Shown here piece after piece: positions 37,811 to 50,245 of a stretch of 64,000 nt of DNA. The position numbers and the translations under genes were made by a program. The stretch's first letter is position 1. Each line of letters opens with the position of its first letter. Below the pieces are notes generated by a model. The model searched no databases. It saw only the letters and a program-made list of their open reading frames with translations, and was not told the origin of the DNA. Source of the DNA: Podarcis melisellensis (lineage: Eukaryota); the NCBI GenBank assembly GCA_964234715.1, contig OZ174279.1; one strand, 5' to 3'.

Positions 37811-39849
37811 AAATTTCCTTTATTGCTGCTGCTTCCTTTCTTTGCCGCCTCCTGCAAGGCCAAATTTTATTTTCTCTTTTTGTGCAAGAGCAGTTCTGTG
37901 CAAAAGAGCTGCTTTAAAAATAGAAACATCATGGATGTCCCTCCAGCAACAGCCAGTGAGCAAAGGAAGGCTGTATCCTTTCCCTTTGGCTAATGAAAAC
38001 CAAATGGAAGTAGTGGGTTTGGTAGCAGGCTGTGTGGCAGGAAAGCATCACCACACATGTAAGAAAACCCCACACCTACACCACATGCAGCGTGCAATTT
38101 TGTATTGACTTTTCTGCCCTTATGCAATTATTCACGGATTGGGATAATTCAGATTTATCAGAGAGGAATTGTGGCTGTCACTTGAATGAGAATGATTTCA
38201 TGAGAAGGATATTTAAGAATAAGAATAGAAGAGACACAGGAAGCTTCAGCTCCACATTAAACTTCAGTGTGGATGAGCACAAAGTTATTAGCCAAGAAAA
38301 CCAACAATCTTTATATCAAGCTCAGCAGAAAATGCCCATTCCCCCCCCCTCTCTCTCTCTCTCCAGCCTCCCACTTTTGGTTCTGGCCCCTCACTGTGAG
38401 ACCTGACATGTGTGCCTCACTCTCACAGTCTAGTCCAATCTTTGGGAGAAGTGGGTTTGTTGCACGAGACCTCCCAATCACCAGTTTGTCAGGATGTGAT
38501 TGCCTCCATGCAAAGAGAGTGATGGTTTGGAAGTGCCTTGTGACTGACCTCAGACTAGAAATGTGGCAGAGTGAGCCTTCAAACTCTGAGCCCTGGTCTC
38601 CCCTCTTTATCCAGTATTTTTGCCAGGGTTGGTTCTTGAAGACCAGGTCATTCTCCAGGCACTAGGATGATGGTGTTTGTCATGCTTGCCTTGAAGAGAG
38701 CCTTACAAGCCCTTGAGATTCACATGACTGTATCAGGAAATATGCATCTTGGCACCTTCACGAAGCAAGAGTTACTCACTGAGCTTTGTAACATTTGTAT
38801 ACCAGAGTTCCAGTGCAGTGTTGTCAAGTTCCACTGATGTGCGTCCTCAGATGAGGCTGCATGCTGGGCCCAAGGGCCCTTGCCTTGCCCTGTTGCACGT
38901 AGAGTGGCAGGCTGTGTCTGAATAAAGGCAGGTCTGATCTGCTGCTCTGTCAGCATGGTTGACTGATGCAGCATCCCAGCCTGGAATGTACCTGTTGACA
39001 GGAGAGCGATGTTGTCCCACTTGCTTTGACACAGCAACTGACATAGCACAGAAAGTGAAACTTCAGTGCATGTAACTGTAGTTGTTATTTTAGCCTTAGC
39101 TCTTGCATTTCCCCCTCTCCCAGAATGGCTAGCTACCCATAAAACACAACAGTAAAAACGGTGTTGAAAATCGCAACAAAACCCCAACATTTTCACCCCC
39201 CCAAAACGGGACTTCAGTGCTCATCAGCAGGGTTGTGCCCAAGCACTGGACCTTTGGCACTGGACCTTTGCCAAGTGTCAGAGTGCTGGAATGAAAAGCG
39301 TTCTGGCGCTCATCAGTAGGATGGCCCGGGACCCTGGTGAGACCCTGCTGGCTTGCACCACAACAAAAAACGGGAAATCTCAGGATGCAAACAGAAGCTG
39401 GGATTGGCGTCTGTGATTCCCGGATGTCCCCCTTAAAACAGGACAGTTGAGGGGTATGTAATACAGTCCCACACAACACAGTAATCAAAGGCATAAAGTA
39501 ATCAGTGCTGCAATTGACTCAATAGGACAGGGGTGTGGAAGCAGATTGTCTCCCCTATCGTCGTGGGTCAAAACTGAGAGAAGGGTGGGGTTATCCAACT
39601 ATCAGTCACCTGATGGTGATGTCCGGTGATCCTTTTTCAGCTCTATGGTTTGAAATCAAACTATGTGGGGAAATGTGCAGCTTGCAAAGTGCTCTGAAAG
39701 AACCAAGTGCCAGCTGATACTTGGGTCTTGTGGAGCACTTTGCAAGAGGCTTTGCAAGACCCAGTGATCAGGTGAAGGTCAGCTGGGGTGTGGTATGGGC
39801 CAAAAATGGCCTTATGGGCCAGGTGAGGAGGCCTGAGGGGCTCCATTAG

Positions 39850-40130
39850 ACCAGAGGACCCCCACCCTTCAGTAAGGCCACTCTATGATCTGAAGGCCTG
39901 TGCAAATAAATAGGTTTTTCGCTGTCACTTGAATGAAAATCAGTTTGGGGCCACCAGATCTGTACAGGGAGGGAATTCTGCAGACAGGGTGCTGCCCCTG
40001 AGAATGCCCTACAGGGCTCCCCATCAGATCTGAGAACCTGGGTTGACAGGTGTGAGAGACGCCACCAGATAAAGTACTTTGGGTCTAAGCTCTTCAGGTC
40101 ATTATGCACCTTGAATTGGGCCTTGATAAA
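39850..40130 (-). mobile_element. Degraded L2-clade fragment
   Basis: Remnant AQFKV and RAFSGAAP motifs on the minus strand. Confidence 0.55.
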
Positions 40131-40447
40131 GAGACCCACCTTGTCACTGGAAGTCCATGTGGCCTCACTGGGAGGAAGGCCTATGCCCAGTTTCAGATTT
40201 AGATGGAGGTAACTTGGCTACAGTAATCCAGCCTCTGAGAACTTCCCGGTTGTATTTCTGAGATGCCCTCTATATTGGACTTCCCTTGAAGACCAGTTGC
40301 TACAAGGACACTGCCCATTTGCTGCTTAGGGCAGCAAGGTGGCATTGCACGACCCCAATTGGCAGAGTATTGCACTGGCTGCCAGTGGACTACCAGGACT
40401 CTTTAACCTCTTTAGCTTGTCCCCAGTGTTGATGCTATAACAGAGGT

Positions 40448-41579
40448 TCACATCTTCAAAACCTCTGCTGAGCTGAACATTTTGGTACAGAGTTGCTTCT
40501 TTCAGTTATTGGAATCCAACAGTGGCGTTTAAGGAAAGATTATTTGATATATATTCCATTTCCCAGTTCACACTAGTGGTGGTTTTTTCGGGGGGGGGGG
40601 GATGATCTGATTTTTGCTGACCTTTCAGCCTTTGTGTAGTTTCAAACAAAGCCCTGACGAAAAATGAGTTGCTATTCTACTAGGACTCCAAATCTGCCTC
40701 CAAAATGTATGCTAGGCAGCCATGTCTCTTCCAGCTTGACCCGCCTCCACTCCAGTATCCTGAATATTGCAATAAGCAAGATGTCAGGCAGGAGAGGATA
40801 ACAGGATAACAAGAGCAGAGGAGGAATAGACAGGAGAAGCCATGGCTGCTTCATCTCTGACTAGATCAAGGAGGGGCCCCACCTTGCCTACTGACCAGGG
40901 CATATGCAGAGTGGGAAAGAAATTGTCTGAATTAAATGATTGCATCCTATGGATTCATGGGTTATAGGTTAGAAGATAATGCCAAAGAGAGAACACGCTT
41001 CCATAACCAGGGCTGTATTCCAGGGAGATTCCCTAACCCTCCACCCCCGTCTCAGTTCCTGCCAATACAAGTCAATTTTATAAGGGAGGGGAATCCGTCC
41101 AAGGAAATGAATCTTATGTGTAACGTTTTAGGGACTGGGGGGAAAGGATGCTTAAAAAGAGAGGTGTGTTTATGGAATATGGCAAGCAAAATGAATGTGG
41201 TGAAAAGTCTGCTATTTCTCAGCATGCTGAAGATATTAGTCAGTATTTAAGTAGGACAAAACTCTAAGGTCATCACGGCATTCAGAAAAAAGGGTGCTGA
41301 CAGCTGGCATAAGCAAACGTTTATCTCTCCCATCAGATCCTAAGCCAATGTGTTCTTAGGGAATTGGTAGGAGACTGCTTCTGGAATGCCATACACGCTG
41401 CCGAGCTCTCCACTTTTGAAACATGACCTCAACTAAGATCTAAATGGGACACATATCAAATAATCCTTCCTTAAACTGTACGTTTCCTTCCAAATTAAAT
41501 GCCACTGTTGGATTCTAATAACTGAAAGAAGCAATTCTATACCAAAATGTTCAGCTCAGCAGAGGTTTTGAATATGTGA
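40448..41579. repeat. 85-bp inverted repeat pair (40448-40532 and 41495-41579)
   Basis: 5 mismatches in 85 bp by manual comparison; spacer about 960 bp. Confidence 0.9.
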
Positions 41580-42626
41580 CCCTTCCTTATTCTGTATTTT
41601 GCACTTTCAGAAACTGACAGTGTAGGAGACAGTCAGCCATGTGTTCTGTTCATGGCGGAGGGCAGCAAACTGCAGGGAGAGAAGCAGAAGATGCTGTCAG
41701 GCAACCACAGGCCAGAGCCCAGAGTATTGGGGGTTTCATAGCAGAAAGCAGTTTGAAAGGCAGATTATATGCAACTATATATAAAATAGCCACCCAACAA
41801 TATATATGACCAGCCAGCAATAAATATCCACTGGGCAGCTTACAAATAATATTTATTTTTTTATTATTATTAAACTCAACAATCAATAAGACAGCACCTG
41901 CAACCCGCTGTTGCAGCTTCTGGTAAATGGATTTTGTGGGGGGGTTTCTTCTTAAATTATTTCAAAAATCTGCTTATCCCAACTTAACAATGAAAGGAAA
42001 GGAACATTGGTGTTCATTGTGGCAATCAAAGCTTCTCTAAAGCTACAGTCTTTTTCCAAGTTTAGTTGCTTGTTTCCATTGTGAACAGTATATTTTCTAC
42101 AGAGGAAAGTACCAGGCGTGGCCTATCCTGTTTTGGCACCTGAGATCAAATGGTAAGGTGCCCCCCCCCTGGCTTGCTTACCAGGATTGTGCAGAGGTGG
42201 CTTCCAGGTTTTGGAAGTAGGGCTCGCCCCTTGTGGGGGGTGGGGGTGCGAAGAGGCACCCATGCCGCTGCCAGAAAAGTGAGATGTGAGAAAAGAGCAG
42301 CAGCAAGATCTTGAGCAGAGTCCTGTGAGATCTCGCAAGAGCTCTTTAGGATCTCATGAGATTTTGCGGGGCTCTTGCAAGATCTTGCCAGAACCTACTG
42401 CTGCTTCTCCAGTGATGGCGGATGGGGGCCTGTGGGGGTGTGTGCTCCACTGAGATTCTGCTGCCTGAGGCAGGTGCTTCAGTCTGCCTCATGGGAGGGC
42501 TGGCCTTGAAAAACACAAACCTTGAAATGTGCAACAAGTGGGTGGGTTAGGAGCTTTCCCACTCCAATATCTCTCTATGAATAAATGGTGGAAACTTCTT
42601 TTAAAAGGCTGCCTAATTAGGCAGAT

Positions 42627-42782
42627 CAAAAAAAATTCCTTCCAACTACTAGTGTATCTGAAGAAGTGTGCATGCACACGAAAGCTCATACCAAGAACTA
42701 ACTTAGTTGGTCTTTAAGGTGCTACTGGAAGGAATTTTTTTTGTTTTGACTATGGCAGACCAACACGGCTACCTATCTGTAA
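42627..42782 (+). mobile_element. Penelope-like element remnant (copy 2)
   Basis: Near-identical to 30840-30968; 18-bp inverted 5' piece; flanked by TAATTAGGCAGAT at 42614 and 42780. Confidence 0.8.
42654..42691 (+). ncRNA. Minimal type I hammerhead ribozyme motif (copy 2)
   Basis: Identical 38-nt motif to copy 1. Confidence 0.7.
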
Positions 42783-42807
42783 TTAGGCAGATGTTAAGAG
42801 TTGAGTA

Positions 42808-43158
42808 GGGACACAGGTGGCACTGTGGTCTAAACCACTGAGCCTCTTGGGCTTGCCGGTCAGAAGGTCGGCGGTTCAAATCCCCACGACGAGGTGAGCT
42901 CCCATTGTTCGGTCCCTGCTCCTGCCCACCTAGCAGTTCAAAAGCAGGTGAAAGTGCAAGTAGATAAATAGGTACCACTCCGGCGAGAAGGTAAACGGCG
43001 TTTCTGTGCGCTGCTCTGATTCGCCAGAAGCGGCTTAGTCATGCTGGCCACACGACCCGGAAGCTGTACGCCAGCTCCCTCGGCCAATAAAGCGAGATGA
43101 GCGCCGCAACCCCAGAGTTGGTCATGACTGGACCGAATGGTCAGGGGTCCCTTTACCT
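42808..43158 (+). mobile_element. Sauria SINE, full length
   Basis: 14-bp TSD TTAAGAGTTGAGTA at 42794 and 43159. Confidence 0.9.
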
Positions 43159-43498
43159 TTAAGAGTTGAGTACCATTAATGCATCTTTCACATTCACTAC
43201 AGTTTTCATAATAAATGTTTAAAAATTTATTGCTAGCTAAAATGACACCCAGGTTTGAGAAAGTGACATACTCTGGAGCCAAGAGGGAAATGGTTTGGGG
43301 GCATTCTCCCCTCCCCAGTTTGGCCTGAGAAAAAGAAAAAAGAGGCCGTGCCGTGCCGTGAGCTGGCTGCTGGAGCTGCAGCATCCTTGGCTGATTCTGC
43401 TTTCTTTAGGAAGCTGTGAAAGGGATCATTAGGGGCTACACTATCTGCTGAAAGGAGGGTCAACTCCTCTACCGTGTTGTGCGTTTGCATTGTAAATA

Positions 43499-43751
43499 AA
43501 GAAGAAGAAGAAGAAGAGTTTGGATTTGATATCCCGCCTTTCACTCCCTTTAAGGAGTCTCAAAGCGGCTAACATTCTCCTTTCCCTTCCTCCCCCACAA
43601 CAAACACTCTGTGAGGTGAGTGGGGCTGAGAGACTTCACAGAAGTGTGACTGGCCCAAGGTCACCCAGCAGCTGCATGTGGAGGAGCGGAGACGCGAACC
43701 CGGTTCCCCAGATTAGGAGTCTACCGCTCTTAACCACTACACCACACTGGC
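43499..43751 (-). mobile_element. tRNA-derived MIR/CORE-like SINE
   Basis: Minus-strand head CCAGTGTGGTGTAGTGGTTAAGAGC, core GTGACCTTGGGCCAGTCAC, (TTC)n tail; older relative at about 13935-14160 (+). Confidence 0.78.
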
Positions 43752-44826
43752 GTACAAGCAAACAAAAATCTTCTGCTACACGGTCCGTGGAACTTTTCAT
43801 CACTTGTGGTAGTGGAGAGCAAACTTGAACTTTTTCTTTTTGTATAAGGAAGAAAACAAAGCCCATTGACGTCCCTATGTGCTTAAGAAAAAGAAAAAAA
43901 CAGTGTCTTTAATACTTTCTCAACCTCTGAGCCGCTCACTTTGTGTACAGCCTCCATGAGGTAGACACGTTTCTGGATTTGGTTAATTTGGTTATTCTAC
44001 ATCTACTTAGGCCTTATTCTGCTGGAGATGAGGACCAGCAAAACTCGCCCAAAGACACCATGGAAGACGAAGGTTTTAGCCTGGGGTGCGAAGGGCGAGA
44101 AGCCACCTCACAGGCGCTCTCAGAGGCATTGTGAACACATCTGCAAATGGCTCTTTGTTTGCAGCATATTCAGCCGACCCTTCTCTTTAGAAACTACATT
44201 CATAGTGGCATTTTTCTCCATGGTGTCTTCTAAACTTCCTTGCTGCCACAGCTTCTTGTCTTCACCACCTGGAGCAGGGCATCAATGAATTGATCTTCAT
44301 GACCGTGTCATTTCATGTGGTTGGGAGCAGTGCTTAAAATCCTCTGGTCCCAAATTACTTTAAAATAAAAACCAGTCCTCTGAAACAGACTGCTAAAACA
44401 GCAGAACACCTCTCCTAAAGGCCCCATTCTTCCTGTCAACACCCTGGTAGTCGCATTGTAGGCAAACTGAAGTTTTCCAACTTGCCTCCAAAGGTAGGTT
44501 TTCCTACAGAATATTACAGGAATCTAACCTGAAGGGGTTCCTGCACTGCAAGGGATTGGACTAGATGACCCTTGGTGGTCCCTCCCAACACGACTCTTCT
44601 ATAATTCTGCAAGCAGGACATGCATGATGACTATGGCCTGTTGCACAGCCTGGGAGATAGGCTGGAAGCTTGTGACGCTCCATAACCCAAAGGCCACAGA
44701 ATTGAATAGCCACATCCCCTGCGGGAAATGAAATGACCAGAAGGACTAAGGGCATTAGTATGGCAGAGCTGATCCCAGTTATATTTGTGGCACTAATTCT
44801 TCTTCTTCCTCCTCCTCAACCCACAG

Positions 44827-44966
44827 GTGTGGTTCGCCAGGTGAAACCCATCATTGGCCCCTTCCATGCTACCTTGAAGCTGGAGATGAACTACGTCATT
44901 GGAGGGGTTGTCTCACACCGCAACGTTGTCAACGTGCACATCTTTGTTTCGGAGTACTGGTTCTGA
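44827..44966 (+). CDS. FBLN1: Fibulin-1D terminal exon 17
   Basis: cacAG|; [46 protein letters not shown]-stop, the fibulin-1D C-terminus. Confidence 0.97.
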
Positions 44967-45447
44967 TCCACCTCGCCACCTGGGTGGAAGCAGGAGAGCT
45001 TCCAAGTGAAACTCTACCACAAACCCATAGAAACATTATGCAGACCTACCTTTGGGGTCAGGGAGGGGTGAGATGGGGTTTGGGGTTGGGAGTGAGACCA
45101 AATAGCTTCTTTTTCAAGTAACATTTCTGGTTTATAGTTTAATTAAAGGACCAATAGCGAACTATCTAAAATAGAAGTAGGATGGAGCAATAACCTTTGA
45201 GTCTGATCTAGCTGGATTGTATATACAAATAAGCAGTGTGTCCAGCTCCCTGCCCTTCTATGGGGTTTTAAATTCTGTTTTGTTGAGGTTTTTTAGGCAG
45301 GGTGCTGCGTGCAAGATTTTGCAGGATCAGAGCCTTGCCTGCCCTCACCCTCCCTACTTCCACCTTCTTGAATACCTTGCCAGGCTATCAAATTAATTTT
45401 TTCATTGTAAAAATCCAGAAATCACCTCTGATGAATTTGGGCACAAC

Positions 45448-45567
45448 CAGGGCTTTTGTTCAGCTCAGTTCTGGCACCTCTCAGGTCGGCACCAATGCCG
45501 TTATAAGAGAACAAGGGAGGCGTTTCTTGTGAGTTCTGGCACCTCTTCTTTTAGGAAAATAGCACTG
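45448..45567. mobile_element. hAT-type MITE downstream of the 1D stop codon
   Basis: CAGGGCTTT...ATAGCACTG termini; TSD GGCACAAC vs GGCATAAC. Confidence 0.68.
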
Positions 45568-46781
45568 GGCATAACTGACCTCGAAAATGACCCCTCCGCC
45601 ACACATATTCCACATATATTCTCTTGCAATGAGTGGGGCGGGTGGGTGGAGTTCTCTGGTGCTTCAAAATAGGTGTGTATTTTGGGGTTTTTTAATCTGA
45701 AAGTTTCATTAAAAGGCATTAGCATCAGGTAGGCCCCAACTAAAGTAAATGGTAGAAAAATAAACACTGTATATGCCAAGGTATTGAGGGGCTAAATGAC
45801 CCCAGTATTGGGGGAAATGTCATTTAACATGTGGTACCTGATGTGAAATCAGCCGCTAAGAGAAGGATGTGCTCATGATTCATTGTCTTGGATCCAAAGT
45901 CCAAATGGCACTTTGGGTTTTCCCCCAAACAGAAACCTCTCATGTCACAATGCAGTCTGCTTTTAAAACAGAGGAGAGTTTCAAAAGCAGTCTGTGATAT
46001 GGCAGGAGAGCTTTCTGCTTAAAGCAAACAAAAAAAAAGTGCAACAGGAACAAGCAATAATCTTTTTTGAGCTTGCCCAAGGTAGGGCTGCAGGCCCTTT
46101 CTCCATCTTCTTTTAGCTGTGCATCCTGAAGGTTTAGAACTGAAGGGGGAAATGCGTGAATTTGGTACTCCTTAATCTGCAAGATCCCCAAAGGCGTTAA
46201 CAGCTCAAGGCATTGCAGATCCCAGATACTACCCTAGAGTTACGCCTCTTAGGGTAGAAAAGGAGGGGGCCCTTCCAGAGTGGGGGGCCCTGACAGCTGT
46301 CCAGGGATGGCAGGTTCTGACTCCCATCCTCTAGACTATACTACTTTTAGTGGCTTTTGAGATCCCCATTTCTTTGGTGACAAACTAGAATGAAATCAAC
46401 AGTGCAGTGGAACCAAGTAATTCGAAACCTTTATGCCATGATCCAGCAGCAGAGATATGTACATAGAAATAGTACGTCCCTATTGTGGATACATACTAGA
46501 TTGGGATTGGTGTTTTAGAAGCTAAAATTATTTTTAAAATTAGTCATGGTGAAGGACCCAATCCAGTTGCAGTGATAGGCTGCAGAACAGCTGGTGGCTC
46601 CAGATGTGGGTGGACATCACACTGAGGCACATCCCAATGAGTCCTCCCACCAGGGCTCAGGTGAGCATGGATTTAGGCCACCATTATGCACACAGGAGGG
46701 CTTCTTGCTGGGTTGGAGCAATTGTGTATGTGGCTTCTTATGTATCATACTGAAGTATGGCCCAATAATGTAATGAAACTC

Positions 46782-46845
46782 AATAAATGAGTGTTGTTTG
46801 TATCTACAGTTTCTCTCAACCATGTATCGTTTTTAGGAAAATAAA
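46782..46845 (+). terminator. Candidate polyadenylation signals for fibulin-1D
   Basis: AATAAA at 46782 followed by GU-rich GTGTTGTTTG; second AATAAA at 46840 followed by a U-rich tract; another AATAAA at 45759. Which one is used is unknown. Confidence 0.45.
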
Positions 46846-46975
46846 CTTTTTCTTTTTTTAACAGTTGTTCATCCAAGTTCCCTTAATTTTAACAATATAA
46901 CTGAATATTCACAATGTGCATCATAAGGAATAAGCAGTCAAGAGTTAAGGGGTGTGTGGGTGTGTGGGTGTGTGT

Positions 46976-46979
<4 letters not shown>

Positions 46980-47029
<50 letters not shown>
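46980..47029. repeat. (GA)n microsatellite
   Basis: About 25 GA units, preceded by GT-rich repeats. Confidence 0.95.
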
Positions 47030-47032
<3 letters not shown>

Positions 47033-47150
47033 GAGGGAGAGAATTAAAACAGAAGTTAATGTTAAGAATCATTAGTGGAACCTCTGAAGATTGCCATCCA
47101 TCCATGGTCTATTGGTCTGACCAGGCAGATGTGGAGCAGTAGGTGCAGAG

Positions 47151-47286
47151 CAGTGTTTCTCAAACTTGGGCCCTCAGCTGTTGTTAGACTACAAATCCCA
47201 TCATCCCTAGCTAGCAAGTCCAGTAGTCAAGGATGATGGGAGTTGTAGTTCAACAGCAGCTGAGAACCCAAGTTTGAAAAACACTG
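47151..47286. mobile_element. Palindromic hAT-type MITE
   Basis: CAGTGTTTCTCAAACTTGGG / CCCAAGTTTGAAAAACACTG; perfect TSD GTGCAGAG; related decayed copy near 1815-1950. Confidence 0.88.
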
Positions 47287-49846
47287 GTGCAGAGAATGTC
47301 CTTGGCAGGGAGCAGCCAGAGAGCGGATGGGGACCCTACCTCTTTTCCTGTAGATACCAGAGAAGGGGAGGCAGTTCCACTGTTCCCCGTTCTGCCCATT
47401 TTGTGGAGTGGAAATATTTCCTAGCAACAGGGGAGGCTGGACATCTAGAGTAGGAGGAGCCAGCTGGGTTGACTTCCATTCCATCACCAAAAAGATGGTA
47501 CCACCTCTGGCCGTTGGGAACAAATACATCCCCCTCCAAGGCTGCTCCTCCAAGCAAATCAATCTTGTGAGGAGAGTCTTGCAAGTGAGCAAGCTGCATC
47601 TTTCTTTTAAAAGCTTTAGAGGACACTGAAGCTAGAAGTATATCTTATGACCATGCTGGGACAGTGAGGGTGTACATACAGAGCATTGCTTGCTAGACTG
47701 AAGTGTGCAGAGCATTATCTGCTTGCATGGAATTTCTGGGGTCCCTGAAGCTCATGTTCACACGTGCCAGAATTTCAAGGCAATGCTTGCTTCTATAGTA
47801 GCCAGCTTTTTTTATATATAAAAAAGAAAATACATCCTATGCTCAGGTCACCGGTGAACCAAATGAAGATAATTCCCAGCTACTTGAGATACGTAATAAC
47901 CTAGATCTACTATTTCTTTAGATTTTTTTAAATTAAAAAAATATTCAAAAGCAAATGAATAGTTTAATGTATAGCAGAAGGGCTGTGCTTATTTTTAATT
48001 AACAGGACTTAGAAAACCTTATTCCTGAGACCCTAGAGAGGTCTCCCCACCCCAGTATCTTGCTCCATTAGCATTTCTTAATTGCAGTTTACATGCTGAC
48101 TTATTTATTTTAATATGTGTATTTACTTAATTAGGATAGAGATTTGTAACATTTTGGGATCACTCCCAATCAATTACTGTAATGTACATAATTCTCCCCC
48201 CCCCCTTTCTTCTTTTCTAACCAAATAATACATAATGGAAAAGGGCCTTGAAAACAGCATGTTCCTGGGAAGTAACATACTTTAAAAAATATCATATTAC
48301 AATTGCAAGCAGTTTTATTCTGATGTCCTAAGTAGATAGGCTGATCAAAATTTTTAAGCGTGTACTGTACTTGTTTGTGCCCATGTATTGTGCCAGAAAG
48401 TAAATTAGATTATTTAAAAATGCTTAGAAGGGCAAAATATTCATCTGTTTTAAGTCCATCTTTGATTTAAAGTACAGTAATGGCAAATTACACAAAGATA
48501 TAATAAGATTATTTGTAGTTGTTATTTATAAATGCCAGTAATTTGAGTGGGTCTAATGGGAAAACACGTATCCATGAATTTGTCCATGGCATTTAACCCA
48601 CCATTTTGGTCACTGCAATTTCAGCTTGTTTTTCTGTTAACATGATGCTCTATATTGTTCTGTAAAAATTCTCTGTTGGTCAGGCCTCCTTTAAATGAAT
48701 TCACTACAGTAGCACAACTACTGGATGCCACAACATAAGGCAGAAATAGGCAATGCACTAATGCACCTAGTGAAAGATATAAACCGTAAAATAAAATTTT
48801 ATTCTTTGAAATAAAACAAAACCTTCAGTAAGATGGAAAATAATGTTTATTTTCGTATACTTCCACTTTATTTGTATTTGGATAACAAAAATAAAACAAA
48901 GCTAGTATCTAAAAAGAGGGGAAAGGGTGGAAAGGAAAAGAAAAGAGGGTGGGGAGAAACAGCCCCCCAAACCCAAAATTTTATATTCTATCAACCTTCC
49001 ATCTTAATCTTCAATTCACAAACAGTGATCCACATCTTCCCAGGTCCTACCTGGGACAGCTCCCATCTTTCTCAGCCTGAGAAAAAGAACTCTATTCTGT
49101 CTCTCACACAGATTTCTCTTATCAATCTTGTCTCTATATGAATCTTCATATCACATCATTCATATCATACTTATAAGTAATATTCTTTATTATTAATTTA
49201 TATTTATTTATATCCTGCTTTTTAAATTGCAAAATCTTTCATCAAATCCTCAAAACTAATCTTACATAACACATTTGTTTCTATATTTAGTAGAGAAATA
49301 TTCAGCCTGCCTTGTTGCATGGTTGTTCTGTTGGGATTTTTAATATACAGTTGTACCCTGGATCCCAAATGTCTTGGCTCCCGAACAAATCAGCTCCTGA
49401 ATGATTGAAACCCAGAAGTGATTTTCGGAAACCGAATGTCTGGCACAGCTTCCTGCAGCCACTTGGAAGGCGTACTTTGGTTTCTGAACGTTTTGGAAGT
49501 CAAACAGACTTTCAGAACGGATTCCATTTGACTTCCAAAGTGTGACTGTACTTCAATTGAGAAAATGAACACTCAGCTGAGCAATTTGTGACAATTAATG
49601 TTAAAAATCTGGCAATTAAACTTTTTTGTGGCACCTCCCCCTCCCTTATTTTGCTTAGTGGTTAACCCAGCTCTGTTGGAACACCTCTTCTGGATTCCTC
49701 TTTCTTTTGTACTTCTGAAGGCCCCAAGAGCTACAAACAACACAGGGTATACCTAATCTTAGTCTATCTGAGATTGTGGCCTTCAGATTTGAATCCAGCT
49801 CTGTGAAGCGCCCCCCCCCCCCGGTTTGGCCTCCAAAGATTAAGGG

Positions 49847-50245
49847 TGTCACGGTCTGGTCTACGGGCGATCAAAGTCCCAGCTGAGGACGTCAGGAACG
49901 GGGGCAAGATGGTGGGGTGGGAGCAGGAACGAGAGTCCAGAAGCCAGGGATCAAAGGGTCAGGAAGCAGGGAGTAACGAAGTCAAGGGTCCGAGGGTCGA
50001 GAAGCAAGGAGTCACAAAGCCGAGGTCCGAGGATCAGGAAGCAAGAAGCCAAACACAGCAAGGCAGGAAATGTGTTGCTGTGGTGAAGAGCCACAGAGAA
50101 ATGCTCTTGCCACCAGGTGCTGTGAATTACCAATCAGCCTCACCTGTGCGGCCGTGTCTTGCCTCTCCAGAACAAACTCAGGAAGGCCCCAGTCCTGCAA
50201 AGCCCTACTGGTCACAGGGCCTGGCTCCTGCACACACTCCTGACA
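49847..50245. mobile_element. Putative solo LTR
   Basis: TGTCA...TGACA termini, 399 bp; 5-bp TSD AAGGG vs AAGAG. Confidence 0.68.
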
